Shown here piece by piece: positions 1-12,395 of a stretch of DNA of 64,000 nucleotides. The number at the start of each line of letters is the position of its first letter. Position 1 is the stretch's first letter. The notes beneath the pieces were generated by a model, which made no database searches, was not told the DNA's origin, and worked only from the letters and a program-made list of their open reading frames with translations. The DNA comes from Octopus vulgaris (lineage: Eukaryota), in assembly GCA_951406725.2 (NCBI GenBank), contig OX597837.1:42470001-42534000 (forward strand), written 5' to 3'. The translations under genes were made by a program, and so were the position numbers.

Positions 1-145
1 CTTCTCACACCTACCCTACAACGTCATGCTAAAAATATACAATCATATCATCAAAATCTCAAAGCCACAAGATAACCCTAACTGAAAGCTATGTGAATAA
101 ATAAGCATTACATTTGGCAGAGTAATCTGAATGCTAAAGGATTAA
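1..145 (+). mobile_element. piggyBac-type MITE family 1, 3' part
   Basis: Homologous to the 3' half of 41840-42059; ends ...tgctaaaggaTTAA. Confidence 0.65.
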
Positions 146-1086
146 GGTATGGCATAGCAGTAATTTCATTTTGATGCTGCTTATATATAAAATACATTGC
201 AAAAAAAAATTGTAAAAAAAAAACCAACAAAAAACAAAACAAGACATTTCCATCCCTCTTTGAAGAAGTCAGCCATTGGTAATGTTTTCTCCATAGAAAC
301 AGCACGTGCGCACATGTGCACACGAGCATGTCCATGTACATCTGATACATCAGTGCACATGCATGTCAATATACATCTGGTGTTTGTGTGTGCACACATT
401 TGCATAGAAGATGCAGTCATAGTCAAATGGTTAAGAGGTTTACTTTGCAATCATGAGATCATGGGATCAATCCTGCTGTGCAGCATCTCAAGCATTTTTT
501 TAGAATGGCCTCAGATTGAATCAAGCATTGTGAATGCAACTGGGTAGATAGAAAATGTGCAGAAACTGTTCCTGAAATTCAGCCTTGTAATACACTGTGC
601 CTATGGAATACTCAGCCACCTGAACACCAGTTCAGTGAAGAGGTAGTGTAGTTGGCTGAATAACTGGAATGTTCATTATCAAAGCTGACAGAGAAACTAT
701 TTAAATCTTTAGGTACATTATGAACATCTGCAAATATTTCATTCAATAAGACAGCTCAGCACATCTTTCAATTTATTTGGCGCTTGCAGAGATCTTATTT
801 AAAATTCCCAGGGAACAATTAAAACTGCATGTGGGTGTATGTGTGTGTGTGTGTGTGTGTGGGTGTGTGTGGGTGTGTATTTTGTGATCACATCAGTTTT
901 GTTTAGCTCCAAACAATTGAAAATAAACAAATCATTAAAAGTCATTTGGTTATTTTCTTTTACAGCCTTTAATACCGTGTCTACGACCACCACTATTGAC
1001 AATTATATACATTATGAAACCTGAACATCATTTAATGGAGACATTTACAAAGAAGAAAGGAGTAAAAATAAAAAAAAAAGATTCAA

Positions 1087-1125
<39 letters not shown>

Positions 1126-1675
1126 AAACCCCAAAAACAAAATATGAGGATGTTCTTGTTTTAAAGTCTTATATTTACGAACAAGGCAAACACTGAAAGA
1201 ATAAAAAAAAATATAACAAAGTAAAAAGAATTTTTGAATAATTAAAAATTTATTGGAGACAAGACATGAGAGAGAAAGAAGGAAAAAAAGAGAAAGAGGG
1301 AGAGGTGGGGGGTAGTTAATAAAAGTGGAAGTGAACACAAAGTTTAGAAAAGGGAATAAAATTAATGAAAACAATTCATTTTTAATTTGAATTTTATCCG
1401 TAATTTGACGTGTAGTTAGAGCACTAAAACAGGTCATCGAAATAAATTTAGTTCTGACATTCAGTTATTGCTGCCACCCTCCACCCCACACACACACACA
1501 CATTTATTGTTCGTTACATGCACAACAAAAGAGGTATATGGAATATCTGCATGCTGTTTCCTTACAGGCAAATACTCACACACACACACATATATATACG
1601 TATATACATACATGTATGCACATAAAGATGCATACATTCATACATACACATATATATACATATATTTACATACAT

Positions 1676-1720
<45 letters not shown>

Positions 1721-1734
1721 ATACGTGTGTATAC

Positions 1735-1775
<41 letters not shown>

Positions 1776-1871
1776 CATACATATATACAGATACATATTC
1801 TTTTATCCTTTTATTCATTTCAGCCATGCAGCTGTGGTCATTCTGAAGCACCAATATGAGAAAAAGAATGA

Positions 1872-1909
<38 letters not shown>

Positions 1910-2329
1910 TTCGAGACAAAACCACTATTTTGCAAAACAAACAAGGAAAGACTTAATCAATACATAAAAATTTTTAATATAAAGAAATAAACCGCCACTA
2001 CAATCGTTTCATGTCTTCATTGAAGACAATATTTTACTATATAATATTTTACTATAAAATTAGATTTAATCCTAAATCTGATTTTTTCCCTGTAAATTTG
2101 GATTTATTCCCTAATATTTATTATTATATATATATATATATATAAATTCAGCAAAATTTAGATTGAAATGAATATATTTTGATATATATATATATATAAA
2201 TATGAATATATGTGTGTGTGTGTATTTACACACACATTTACATATATAATTATATGTGTACAGCAAGCGCTGATTTCTCAAATTGGTAGAGGGAACCTGT
2301 GGATGGAGTAGATCCAGGAAGACATGAGA

Positions 2330-3326
2330 CACAGTGGTGAAGTATGATCTTCGAATGTTGGGTCTCAAGGAGGCAATGACTAGTGACCGAGTCTTTTGCC
2401 AATCTGCTGTGCTTGAGAAGACCTGTCAAGTCAAGTGAAACCATAGTTGTGGCTGATGCTGGTGTCACATAACAGGCACCAGTGTCAAGCGATGGAGATC
2501 TTTTCGGTTTGACCGGCAGTTTTTTCTAGCGGTGTCATATGAAAGTGTCACCCATAATTATGACCCTAGTATTGATCTATTGCATTTCAATCTGTTTTAG
2601 GGTTAGGGTTAGTTAGGGTCAGTTAGGGTTGGTTAGGGTTAGGTTTAGGGGTGGGGGGAAGGGTATCTTTTCTCTTCAGAAATGTAAATAAACCCAATCT
2701 GTTCCTTAAACGAGGGACATATTCATACGGCACAGAATGTTTTTTTTATCTCAATAGGCGTATTTGATTGGTTGAAATTGCAGAAATTACAGAAAAAGAA
2801 CAACAAATATCTTACAAACTATAGAATTTTCTCAATAAAGCCAAGAGAAAAAGATGTTTTATAAACACATTCTACCAGTACACGAAGTTTAAAATTCTTT
2901 AGTTACCTAGAAATTATGTTAAAAACTGCCGTTCAAACTGAAAAGATCCAGCGATGGGGCTCACGGAGGCAATGTGGCCATGGCTGGTGTTGCTAGTAAA
3001 AAGCACCTTTTGAGTGTTGGGCCTCATGCAGACAATTACAAATAACTGAGACCTTCAGCAGTCTACCGTGTTTGAGTAGAAGACCCATCAAGCTAAGTGT
3101 AATGATTGTTGTGGCAGCTAACAGTGTCACACAACTGACACTCATGCTGGCAGCACATAAAAGCACCCATTATACTCTCGGAGTGGTCGGCATTAGGAAA
3201 GACATCTGGCCTTTAAAAAACCCACACCAAATGAAACTGGAGTCTGATGCAGCTCCTCAGCTTACCAGCTCTGGTCAAACTGTCCAACCCATGCCAGCAT
3301 GGACAACGGATGTTAAATGATGATGA

Positions 3327-3330
<4 letters not shown>
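2330..3330 (+). mobile_element. Diverged SINE-like family C copy with (TGA)n tail, interrupted by a MITE
   Basis: 3160-3330 matches the family C 3' end (aaaagcacccattatactctcggagtgg...tccaacccatgccagcatgg...taaatgatgatgat) seen at 42420 and 47450. Confidence 0.6.
2496..2949. mobile_element. Non-autonomous DNA transposon (Merlin-like MITE) with internal TTAGGG-like repeats
   Basis: About 29-bp TIRs (gatcttttcggtttgaccggcagttttt / aaaaactgccgttcaaactgaaaagatcc) and an exact 8-bp TSD agcgatgg at 2488-2495 and 2950-2957. A GG-type terminus plus 8-bp TSD fits Merlin; superfamily is inferred. Confidence 0.8.
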
Positions 3331-3361
<31 letters not shown>

Positions 3362-3759
3362 CAGGGTAGATTTTTTTAAATGGCGGTGCCCCAGCATGGC
3401 CACAGCTCGTGAGCTGAAACTAGAATCAATCATATATATATAATGTGTGTGTATATATACATATATATATATACACACACGCACACCCATATACATACAT
3501 ATATACATGCATGCACTCACACATACATTAGAGAAATAAATAAGTAAATTACGAAAAATATGTTCTATTTTCAGCATTTGACACCCACATTTCCATTAGA
3601 TTATATGCAATATTTATCTCATGAATAATGCAAGAAGTTTAAGACCAAACATCAGGGGATGAAAATTGAAGGGTAACATAAAACTTGAGACTTAAAAACA
3701 AAAAAACTCAAATAACAAAGGATAAATTATATTAATAATATATCATTGCCATTGTTTCA

Positions 3760-3975
3760 CCCTCTAACATTTAAAACTCGCCATATCCAGCCCAAACAGT
3801 CTGCCTTTTGGAGACTCAAATGGACCAGATCTAGCTTCTCGCACCTCCCCTACAATGTCATTATAAAAATAAACAATCACATCACCCAAATCTTGAAGCC
3901 ATGAGATAATGCATGATTAATTTGAAACAATGTGAATAAGTAAGCATTTCATTTGACAGATCAAATATTTGAATG
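3760..3975 (+). mobile_element. piggyBac-type MITE family 1, diverged
   Basis: Colinear with 41840-42059 and 32843-33051 (ctacaatgtcatt...gataatgcatgattaat...aagcatt). Confidence 0.6.
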
Positions 3976-4099
3976 CATCGAATAACATTTCCTTTCTAGA
4001 AAAAAAAAACCTTTCACAAATGGAGTCTACTTCTGAGGTGTCTGTGTGTATACATATATTTGTATGTGTGAGTGTGTGTGTGTGTGCGTGTTTACATAT

Positions 4100-4262
4100 C
4101 ACAGGTTTCTTTCAGATGCTGTCAATCAAATCCACTTACAAGATTTTAGTCAGCCCAGGGTTATAGTAGGAGACATTTGCTTAAGGTGCAATGCAGTAGG
4201 ACTGAACCCAAGACCACGTGATTAGGAAGCAAGGTTCTTAACCACACAGTCATACCTGTGCC
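4100..4262 (-). mobile_element. tRNA-derived SINE family A, 5' half
   Basis: Reverse complement of the 5' half of 58231-58640. Confidence 0.7.
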
Positions 4263-4324
4263 TATAATATGACAAATATATTTTCAAATGTATAATAGGT
4301 ACAAAAGGGGATTTCACAAAATAG

Positions 4325-4955
4325 GAGCAGGCATGGCTGATGCATTAAGAAGCTTGCATCCCAACCACATGGTTCTGGGTTCAGTCTCACTGCATGACAC
4401 CTTGGGCAAGTGTCTTCTACTATAGCCTTGAGCCAGCCAAAGACTTCTGAGTGAATCTGGTAGATAGAAACTGAAAGAAGCCCATCACATCATCATCATT
4501 TAACATCCGTTTTTCATGCTAGCATGTGTTGGATGGTTCGACCGGGGTCTGGGAAGCCAGGAGGCTGCACCAGGCTCCAGTCTGATCTGGCAGTGTTTCT
4601 ACAGCTGGATGCCCTTCCTAACGCCAACCACTCCAAGAGTGTAGAGTGTGCTTTTTATGTGCCAGGCGAGGCAGGCAGTGGCCACAATCAGTTGGTGCTT
4701 TTTATGTGCCACCAGCATATATATAGGGGTGTGTGTCTTTGCATCTGTGCTTGATTCCCACCACTGCTTGACAACCTATGTTAGTGTGTTTACGTCCTTG
4801 TAACTTAGCTTCAGCTGTTTGACAAAAGAGATTGATGGAATAAGTACGACAATTAAAAGAAATTAGTACTGGAGCCAATTCATTCAACTAAAAATTCTTC
4901 AACCTGGTGACACAGTATACAGCCACAGTCTAATGACTGAAACAAGTAAGAGATA
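4325..4955 (+). mobile_element. SINE family A copy split by a reverse family C insertion (about 4485-4715)
   Basis: 5' half 4325-4485 (cttgggcaagtgtcttctactatagcc), family C segment (agctggatgcccttcctaacgccaaccac), then the family A 3' half 4720-4955. Confidence 0.7.
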
Positions 4956-5729
4956 AAAAAAATCATATATGAGATTCCACTGACATGAAAATAAATCAGA
5001 TTTTCACAAGTATTTCCGTCTCACCCTCCTTCTCTGACAAGACGGTTAGTGTAATGCCAATATATTTCCCACATTATGATGCTTGGTCGTTAAATCCATT
5101 TTCTAATTTATCTTTAATCTACTTTTTTCTGATTTTGTCACTGTACTGTAAAGTCAGGTACATAGGCAGGTAGAATGTAATGACTTTGCATCAGGACACA
5201 CAATGCTATGTGCAACGCATGATATGATACAAGTGCTAATTGATCATTAGCCTGGTCATGAATAATAGTGTAACGAAGAAGAAAAATTCAATTATATGCA
5301 ACTGGAAAGTCATTCCATTTAACAAAAAGAAAAAAAAAATTTTTTTTTTTTTCTGGGGCATTAGTGCAGGAGGTGTGAGAAGTGGGGGAAAAGAAAGAAA
5401 TCAACTTCGATCTTTGTCTAAACTCCCACCGACACCCTTTCTTCTCTCTCTCTCTCTCTCTCTCTTTTTCTGGTGCCATTAGCAGATGATATTGTAGTGT
5501 GTTGGAATGAATTCTGAGTAGTTCCAAGAAGGTATGTAATTGAAAATCCCCCACCCTCCTGTGGATGGTAGAAGAAAATCGGTTTAATTCAGATTTCACC
5601 TCATAAGAGAATATCTAAGCTCAGCAATGCAAGTATTGACTATATAGAATATCACAGCTGTTTACCGTTCTTGACTGCTTTTGTTTCCTCAAGGTACCTA
5701 CATAATGTTTTGTTATGTCAGAAGGCAAT

Positions 5730-5920
5730 GAACTGGCAGGGTTCTTACCATGCAGGTAAAAATGCTTAGAGGCATTTCTTCCAACTTTATATTCTGAGTT
5801 CAAATGCCACTTGGGGTGACTTTGCCTTTCATCCTTTCTGTGTCAAACTAAGCACTAGTTGAACACTCAACTTACCCCTTCTCCTAAACCTGCTGGCCTT
5901 GTGTCAAAATTCGAAACTAA
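5730..5920 (+). mobile_element. SINE family B (MetaSINE-like central domain), old copy
   Basis: ttctgagttcaaat...tttgcctttcatcctttc central motif. Confidence 0.6.
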
Positions 5921-6055
5921 TATTTTGTTTATGTCAGAGTAACAAGGTATGTATACAACTTGACATCATAACAATGAAGTATGCATGAAATAACATTGTA
6001 ACAGCGAGGCATGAATATATCATTTTACAACAACAATTTACTTATACATATACAA

Positions 6056-6210
6056 GAGTGGCTGTGTGGTAAATAGCTTGCTTACCAACCACATGGTTCT
6101 GAGTTCAATCCCACTATGTGGCACTTTGGGCAAGTGTCTTCTACTATAGCCTCAGGCCGACCAAAGCCTTGTTAGTGAATTTGGTAGACGGAAACTGAAA
6201 GAAGGCCGTC

Positions 6211-6257
<47 letters not shown>

Positions 6258-6485
6258 TATATGTATGTATATATATGTTTGTGAGTCTGTGTTTGTCCCC
6301 CCAACAACACTTGACAACTGATGCTGGTGTGTTTACATCCCCGTCACTTAGCGGTTCAGCAAGAGAGACCGATAGACTAAGTACTAGGCTTACAAAGAAA
6401 AAGTCCTGGAGTCGATTTGCTCGACTAAAGGCGGTGCTCCAGCATGGCCAGTCAAATGGATTGAAACAAAAGAATAAAAGAATAT
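6056..6485 (+). mobile_element. tRNA-derived SINE family A with internal (TA)n
   Basis: Pol III A-box-like tggctgtgtggt, B-box-like gagttcaatcc, CORE-like ttgggcaagtgtctt, internal microsatellite, 3' half ending gaaacaaaagaataaaag. Confidence 0.85.
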
Positions 6486-6644
6486 ACACAGCATGGACAA
6501 TGGAGAGTATAGTTTTGATTAAAAAAGAACTTTGTTAATCTGAATTTTGAAAAATAAAAGAAATATAAAAAACCCACATTATTTATGGGATTACCCAATA
6601 TATATATATTCATGTACACACACAACACATTAATATATACTTAT

Positions 6645-6832
6645 TTCTTTATTACCCACAAGGGGCTAAACATAGAGGGGACAAACAAGGACAGACATAG
6701 GTATTAAGTCGATCACATCGACCCCAGTGCGTAACTGGTGCTTAATTTATCGACCCCGAAAGGATGAAAGGCAGACGAAATACCGCAAAGCATTTTGCCC
6801 GGCGTGCTAACGCTTCTGCCAGCTCGCCGCCT
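6645..6832 (-). mobile_element. SINE family B, internally deleted
   Basis: Matches 33388-33620 apart from a deletion after ggatgaaaggca. Confidence 0.8.
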
Positions 6833-7489
6833 TACACATTAATATATACTGCTACATCATAATATTTAGTCACATCATAAGCGAAACATTTATGAAGTAT
6901 GCACAATAACACAGTAAGTCTTACATGATATTATCAACAAGTTCACACACACAAATAATGTGTCTGTGTAAACACACACACATACACAATAGCTAGAAGC
7001 ATAGCTATATGGCAAAGAAGTTTACTTTGAAACTGCCTGATTTCAGGTCTGATATGGGTAAGGGTCTTCTATAGGCCTAGTTGTAGAGTAGAATTAAGTA
7101 CATGGTAATTATGCTGAAGTGTGTGTATGCTCGTGCAGGCTTACACCAGTGTTGTTGTTTATATTGTATTGTGTATGCCCTATAATTTAGTCATTTCACA
7201 AAGTACAATAAAACACAATAACGCTCATATATGTACAGGGGTTCAATAGGACCTGGATGAAAAGAAAGACACAAAACCTTCATGGCGATGGTAACATTCA
7301 AATACAGAATCTAATAAAAGGCTAAAAGAATGCACATCTCAAATATATATATATGTACGCATAGAGGTGGCTTAGTGGGCTTTCACTTAAAAAAATGCTT
7401 AACTACAAACAACAGAAAAATCATAAATTCAAATGTGTCAAACTAAGTACCAGTTGAACTAAGTATCATTGCATTGCCGTTCCTCGCAG

Positions 7490-7597
7490 CTGAGAGAATT
7501 ACATGCTTACCTCAGTCAGGTTACCTGCTTGAAAAACAGCTGTTACTGTCAGCGTTTCAAATTGAATAAAAGTGTAAATACAGCAAGTACAATGCAG
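7490..7597 (+). CDS. Candidate 108-nt phase-0 internal exon (LRELHAYLSQVTCLKNSCYCQRFKLNKSVNTASTMQ), unidentified
   Basis: Acceptor ttgccgttcctcgcAG, donor cag|GTaaaa, open in frame 0 and a multiple of 3. No recognisable homology. Confidence 0.2.
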
Positions 7598-7772
7598 GTA
7601 AAATAGTTATGCTATGAAAAAGAAAAAAAAAATTATTTTTTTTTAAATTGATTTTGAGGTTGAATCAGACTAATGAATACAGATTTGTAATTTTTTTTTC
7701 TTTAAAGTAGGAGATATGTTGATTATGTTATGCAACAGAGACAGATGCAAGTAATATAAATATCAATATATA

Positions 7773-8175
7773 GAGTGGCTGTGTGGTAAGTAGCTTGCTA
7801 ACCAACCACATGGTTCCGGGTTCAGTCCCACTGCGTGGCATCTTGGGCAAGTGTCTTCTGCTATAGCCTCGGGCCAACCAAAGCCTTGTGAGTGGATTTG
7901 GTAGATGGAAACTGAAAGAAGCCTGTCGTATATATGTATATATATATAAGTGTGTGTGTATATGTTTGTGTGTCTGTGTTTGTCCCCCTAGCATTGCTTG
8001 ACAACCGATGCTGGTGTGTTTACGTCCCCGTCACTTAGCGGTTCGGCAAAAGAGACCGATAGAATAAGTACTGAGCTTACAAAGAATAAGTCCCGGGGTC
8101 GATTTGCTCGACTAAAGGCGGCGCTCCAGCATGGCCACAGTCAAATGACTGAAACAAGTAAAAGAGTAAAAGAGT
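7773..8175 (+). mobile_element. SINE family A, young full copy
   Basis: Near-identical to 58240-58640; tail (gtaaaaga)n. Confidence 0.9.
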
Positions 8176-9350
8176 ATATAGTTTCCATCTGAGGGACATA
8201 ACAAATGCAACATTATACCTGTTAATTTCCATATTCGAAAAATATGTTTTATATGATATCTGCATGTGCCAAAACAGTTTGTGTGTTATCTGTATTGAGA
8301 TATTGAGCATACATTGGCTTTACAGATCATCATCATTTAAGGTCCGCATTCTGTGTGCATGTAAGTGTACATAGATATATATACACACACACGCATTAAA
8401 ATTTACACATATACATAGACACATGTATACACAGATGCAGACAGACACACACATAATATTGTGAGCACACACACGTAAATGTAGGGGTGGATATTACTCA
8501 AAGCATTCACGCATTTGATGTCATGTTTAATATCCATATGAACATACATTTATAAGGAAAAACTATCTTTATAGTTTATATCATGATACGTGTGGATACA
8601 TGCAGAGATATCTCATGTAAAAGAAAACACACGCCCACACACAACCACCACCCCCACACGCAACCCCCACCCCCACCCATACACACATTCTCTAGTCACA
8701 GATGATTATTGATACAGCATAAAATGATGTACAAACAACGAATTTCAATTTAATATAACAGTCACATATATACACACACACACACACACATATACACGCA
8801 CTCGCGTAATACTCTGACGATCGATATTTAAATCAAAATTCTACAACAGACGGTCAAGAAGCAATGGATAAATAGAAATAAAAAAATAAAACAGAAAGCC
8901 AAAGCTTTAAATCAATAAAGATTAATGACTAACTTGCAGTCAGTCACCAAAAAGTAAACTTTAAAACTAAAATACATAACACAGCTACTGTTGTCTTGAA
9001 GATACATTGGAATAATAGATTTCCAAAGTACATATTTAAGCTCAATTAAAATTGCAAAGCATTCTATTATTTAAGATGATTGCAATGTTTTGAAAGTTTA
9101 ACTAACTTCGATGGGTTTACAAAGTTTTGTTTTGGGTTTTTTTTTTTCAGTGATCAGTTGACAAATAATGTTTTTGCTGGTAGCTTTTTTTGTGCAGAAG
9201 TTATTTGTCACATTTAAACTGGGAAAATAGAGGCTGACTTCACAATGACATAAAACCAAAAAGCTTAAATCTGGGAACATCAACATTGATGACTGGGAAC
9301 ATCTTGTAATGAATCTAATACACATGCAGACATTCATGTGTGTGTATGTG

Positions 9351-9391
<41 letters not shown>

Positions 9392-9394
<3 letters not shown>

Positions 9395-9575
9395 GGGAGA
9401 GATTGTCAAAAAAAAACAACAAAAGACGAAGACAGGTGGTGTACAAAACAAACAGATGTATTAGTATAACGCTCAGGAATTGAAAAAGTCTTTTACATTT
9501 CGAGCCTAGGCTCGTCAACAGAAAGGGACACAGAAAAAAAACAAGGAGAGAAGAAAAAAAATATGTGTAGTGGCC
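9392..9575 (-). repeat. Dispersed repeat with degenerate hammerhead-like motif (Penelope-associated)
   Basis: Reverse complement of 55487-55665; minus strand reads ctgttga-c-gagc-ctag-gctc-gaaa. Confidence 0.6.
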
Positions 9576-9898
9576 ACCAATCTATCATAATCTGTAATTA
9601 CTTACAAATATATACATATATATTTGCAAAACAAATATATATATATATGTATATATGTATCTGTGTGTGTGTAACTTCAGAGAGAGAGAGCGAGAAAGAA
9701 GTTAAATGTATAATAATTACTATTGATGATCATTGCTTTAAAGTGTATTTGCTTATGGTTTTTTAGATCTGTACTTCAGCATGTCTTTGTGTGTTACTGT
9801 GTCACCTCAACAGTGACATCAAATGTTCTGACACAACAAATTCCTTGTATACCCTATATACATCCCATTAACATCAAATGACAGCACATATACATATA

Positions 9899-9983
<85 letters not shown>

Positions 9984-10016
9984 ATATACTTGGAAAAGGA
10001 TGTGTGGTGTTCGATC

Positions 10017-10188
10017 ATATAATAATATAAATAATATATAAATATATGCATATATACATACATATATGTACATACCTACATCTATATGTATAAGCATATA
10101 TATGCATGTATATATACATATAGATGTAGGTATGTACATATATGTATGTATATATGCATATATTTATATATTATTTATATTATTATAT
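10017..10188. repeat. Perfect 76-bp-arm palindrome with 20-nt spacer
   Basis: 10017-10092 is the exact reverse complement of 10113-10188; the ORF track shows the same peptide on both strands. Confidence 0.9.
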
Positions 10189-10193
10189 ATGTA

Positions 10194-10227
<34 letters not shown>

Positions 10228-10704
10228 ACCGTGACCGACCAGGCTATCAGATGTTGCTACACATCGCTGGTCACAATGCGCTTCGCATTGTTTTAGCCTT
10301 CAAATGACGCCACCCCGCTGGCTAAGCGAGCAGGCCATATATATATATAAATATGCATGTATGTATATTACTAGAGCGTAATCATCTCCACAGTTCCTAA
10401 TTGTTGGACCACAACTAATGTAAATATGTGAAGGTTTGAAACATATTTTTAAAAAAACCCATTTAGCTCTTCTGTCACACACAAATAAATAAGGATAAAG
10501 GTGGAGAAATAAATACTCTAAGTGCTTCATTTCGCTCCAAGAAATTAACCCTGATGACTGTATTAATCTCAAATAATCTGTAATTACTTACTTTTGTTAC
10601 CTAGCTGGTTTTCTAATAGTTAATTCAGCAGTGATTAGAGCACTTGCAGTTCACCATTATTACTTACTACGAGCTACAAGGCATCCATTCAATAAAACTA
10701 ATTG

Positions 10705-11253
10705 AAAGTTAGCGATAGATTCACAATCCCATTCTTGTACAAGACTCAATGGAAGACGACGTTGAAAGAAATATAATAGCGTGCCTGCCTAGCACTGTAT
10801 CGAGAAAGTTTCTGTGAAACTTGGAAATAATATAGGCAAACACGAGAAGATGCGATACTCAAAGCTAATGTAAGCTGTTGTTAAAGTCAAGATGAATAAA
10901 ATGCCATTATTCTTGGCCTCTATTACCCAAGACATTGTGAGTATTGCAACAACTGTTGCCAATGGCAGTGATACTGTATGCAACCAGAATTAGTAATTAT
11001 AACATGTCAACCTATGAGACTAAGCTGATTAAATCAGTTCCCTCAAGATAGGAAGCTAAAATAATTATCACCAACCAGAAGTGTCCTCCGCACACTTTTC
11101 CCTTTCGTAGCATGGCTTGATTCTTTCAATGCAGAGATACGTGCATCTACTCGCATACAATGCTTATAGAACACGAACGCCGTATACATTACATGGCATT
11201 CAAACTGCATTGTTTCCATTCTTGCAATAATTAGGTTCTTGTGATTTAACTTT
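10705..11253 (+). other. Bulged long inverted repeat in unique sequence
   Basis: aaagtta..attcacaa..caaga..aatggaa (10705-10755) pairs colinearly with 11207-11253; ttgaaagaa/ttctttcaa inside; apical stems near 10940-10975. Confidence 0.65.
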
Positions 11254-12164
11254 TGACGGTAGTTGTTCTAACCCCGTTTTAGTGACAGTACAGCAGCTCA
11301 GAAAATTCTTGAGAATAACAAATGAAAGAAGACTATACATTGCCCTATAGGAATACAATCATGATGATGATGATCATCACCATTGTCATTCTTATGCTTA
11401 TTCTGCCATGAGGTTATGGGTTGGATTGAGCCCAGTACATCACCAGTTCTTCATCCTCTGGTGCATAAAAACCAGAAAAGTGACCAACTTTGCTATTATG
11501 CATATCCTCTCGTATTTTTTTTTTTCTTTTTAATGATGGGATACCTCTTGTGTCACTGTGTTCATGTGTCTCCCTATCGTGACACTACATGATAGTTGTA
11601 AATGGGTGTCAATGTCATACATGCACCGTCATTTATTTCCAATATTTGTGAAAACATGTTTGCCCATGGGGGAAATATCATCTTTCTTGTAAACTGGTAC
11701 GAGTGGACAACAGCAATTGAGTGACACCTAGCTGTGGAGTTTTGAACACTGGAGCTACATACAAAGCTGGCAAGGTTAGACATAGCGGTAGAACTGAATA
11801 ATATAACTTATTTTGCTAGGCTTCAAACTTGAGTGAGAAATGGAAAGAAAAAGGAGCCCAGCAGGCAACCAGGGAGGTAATAATCTATTCTGGTATTGAG
11901 CCTGAAAATGCTTTATACTGAGTGACATGAGTATGCAAGGTTATTTTTATATCCACTGAATATTCTTCCAGTGAATCCTGGGTACAACTTTGAACATAAG
12001 TGCAGCAACACAATAGATGCATTTAGTTTCTTGCTCACTGTTTCCTCTTCCCTATTGAGAGAAATGATAGAATGGTGCATATGGTGTGATTATAAATTAC
12101 AAATCATCCACACCATTTTAACATCCACTTTTCCAAACTTGTATGGGTCAGACAGAAGCAGATT

Positions 12165-12395
12165 ATCTATTTCTTTACTACCCACAAGGGGGATAAACAC
12201 AGAGAGGACAAACAAGGATAGACAAATGGATTACATCGATTATATCGACCCCAGTGCATAACTGGTTCTTATTCAATCGACCCCGAAAGGATGAAAGGCA
12301 AAGTTGACCTCGGCGGAATTTGAACTCAGAACGTAACGGCAAACGAAATACGGCTACGCATTTCACCCGGCATGCTAACGTTTCTGCCAACTCAT
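12165..12395 (-). mobile_element. SINE family B
   Basis: cgaccccgaaaggatgaaaggcaaagttgacctcggcggaatttgaactcagaacg. Confidence 0.85.

Noticed and set aside
2597-2660. TTAGGG repeats as a telomere or fusion scar
   Set aside because: Short, degenerate and internal to a TIR element with a TSD.
5483-5531. + strand AG..GTATGT segment with a strong pyrimidine tract
   Set aside because: Stops in all three frames and the tract is a (CT)n microsatellite; at most a non-coding or poison exon.
10592-10697. Two minus-strand AG..GTAAGT segments of 21 and 30 nt, 55 nt apart
   Set aside because: Frame-preserving but weak acceptors, no homology, and opposite to the strand suggested by G-U pairs; GTAAGT is common by chance. 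Revisit if the host gene is on minus, which the excess of + strand poly-A runs would allow.
10789-10983. Hydrophobic minus ORF and a + frame RHCEYCNNC resembling a DHHC cysteine-rich motif
   Set aside because: Bounded by stops, no DHHC motif follows, no splice support.
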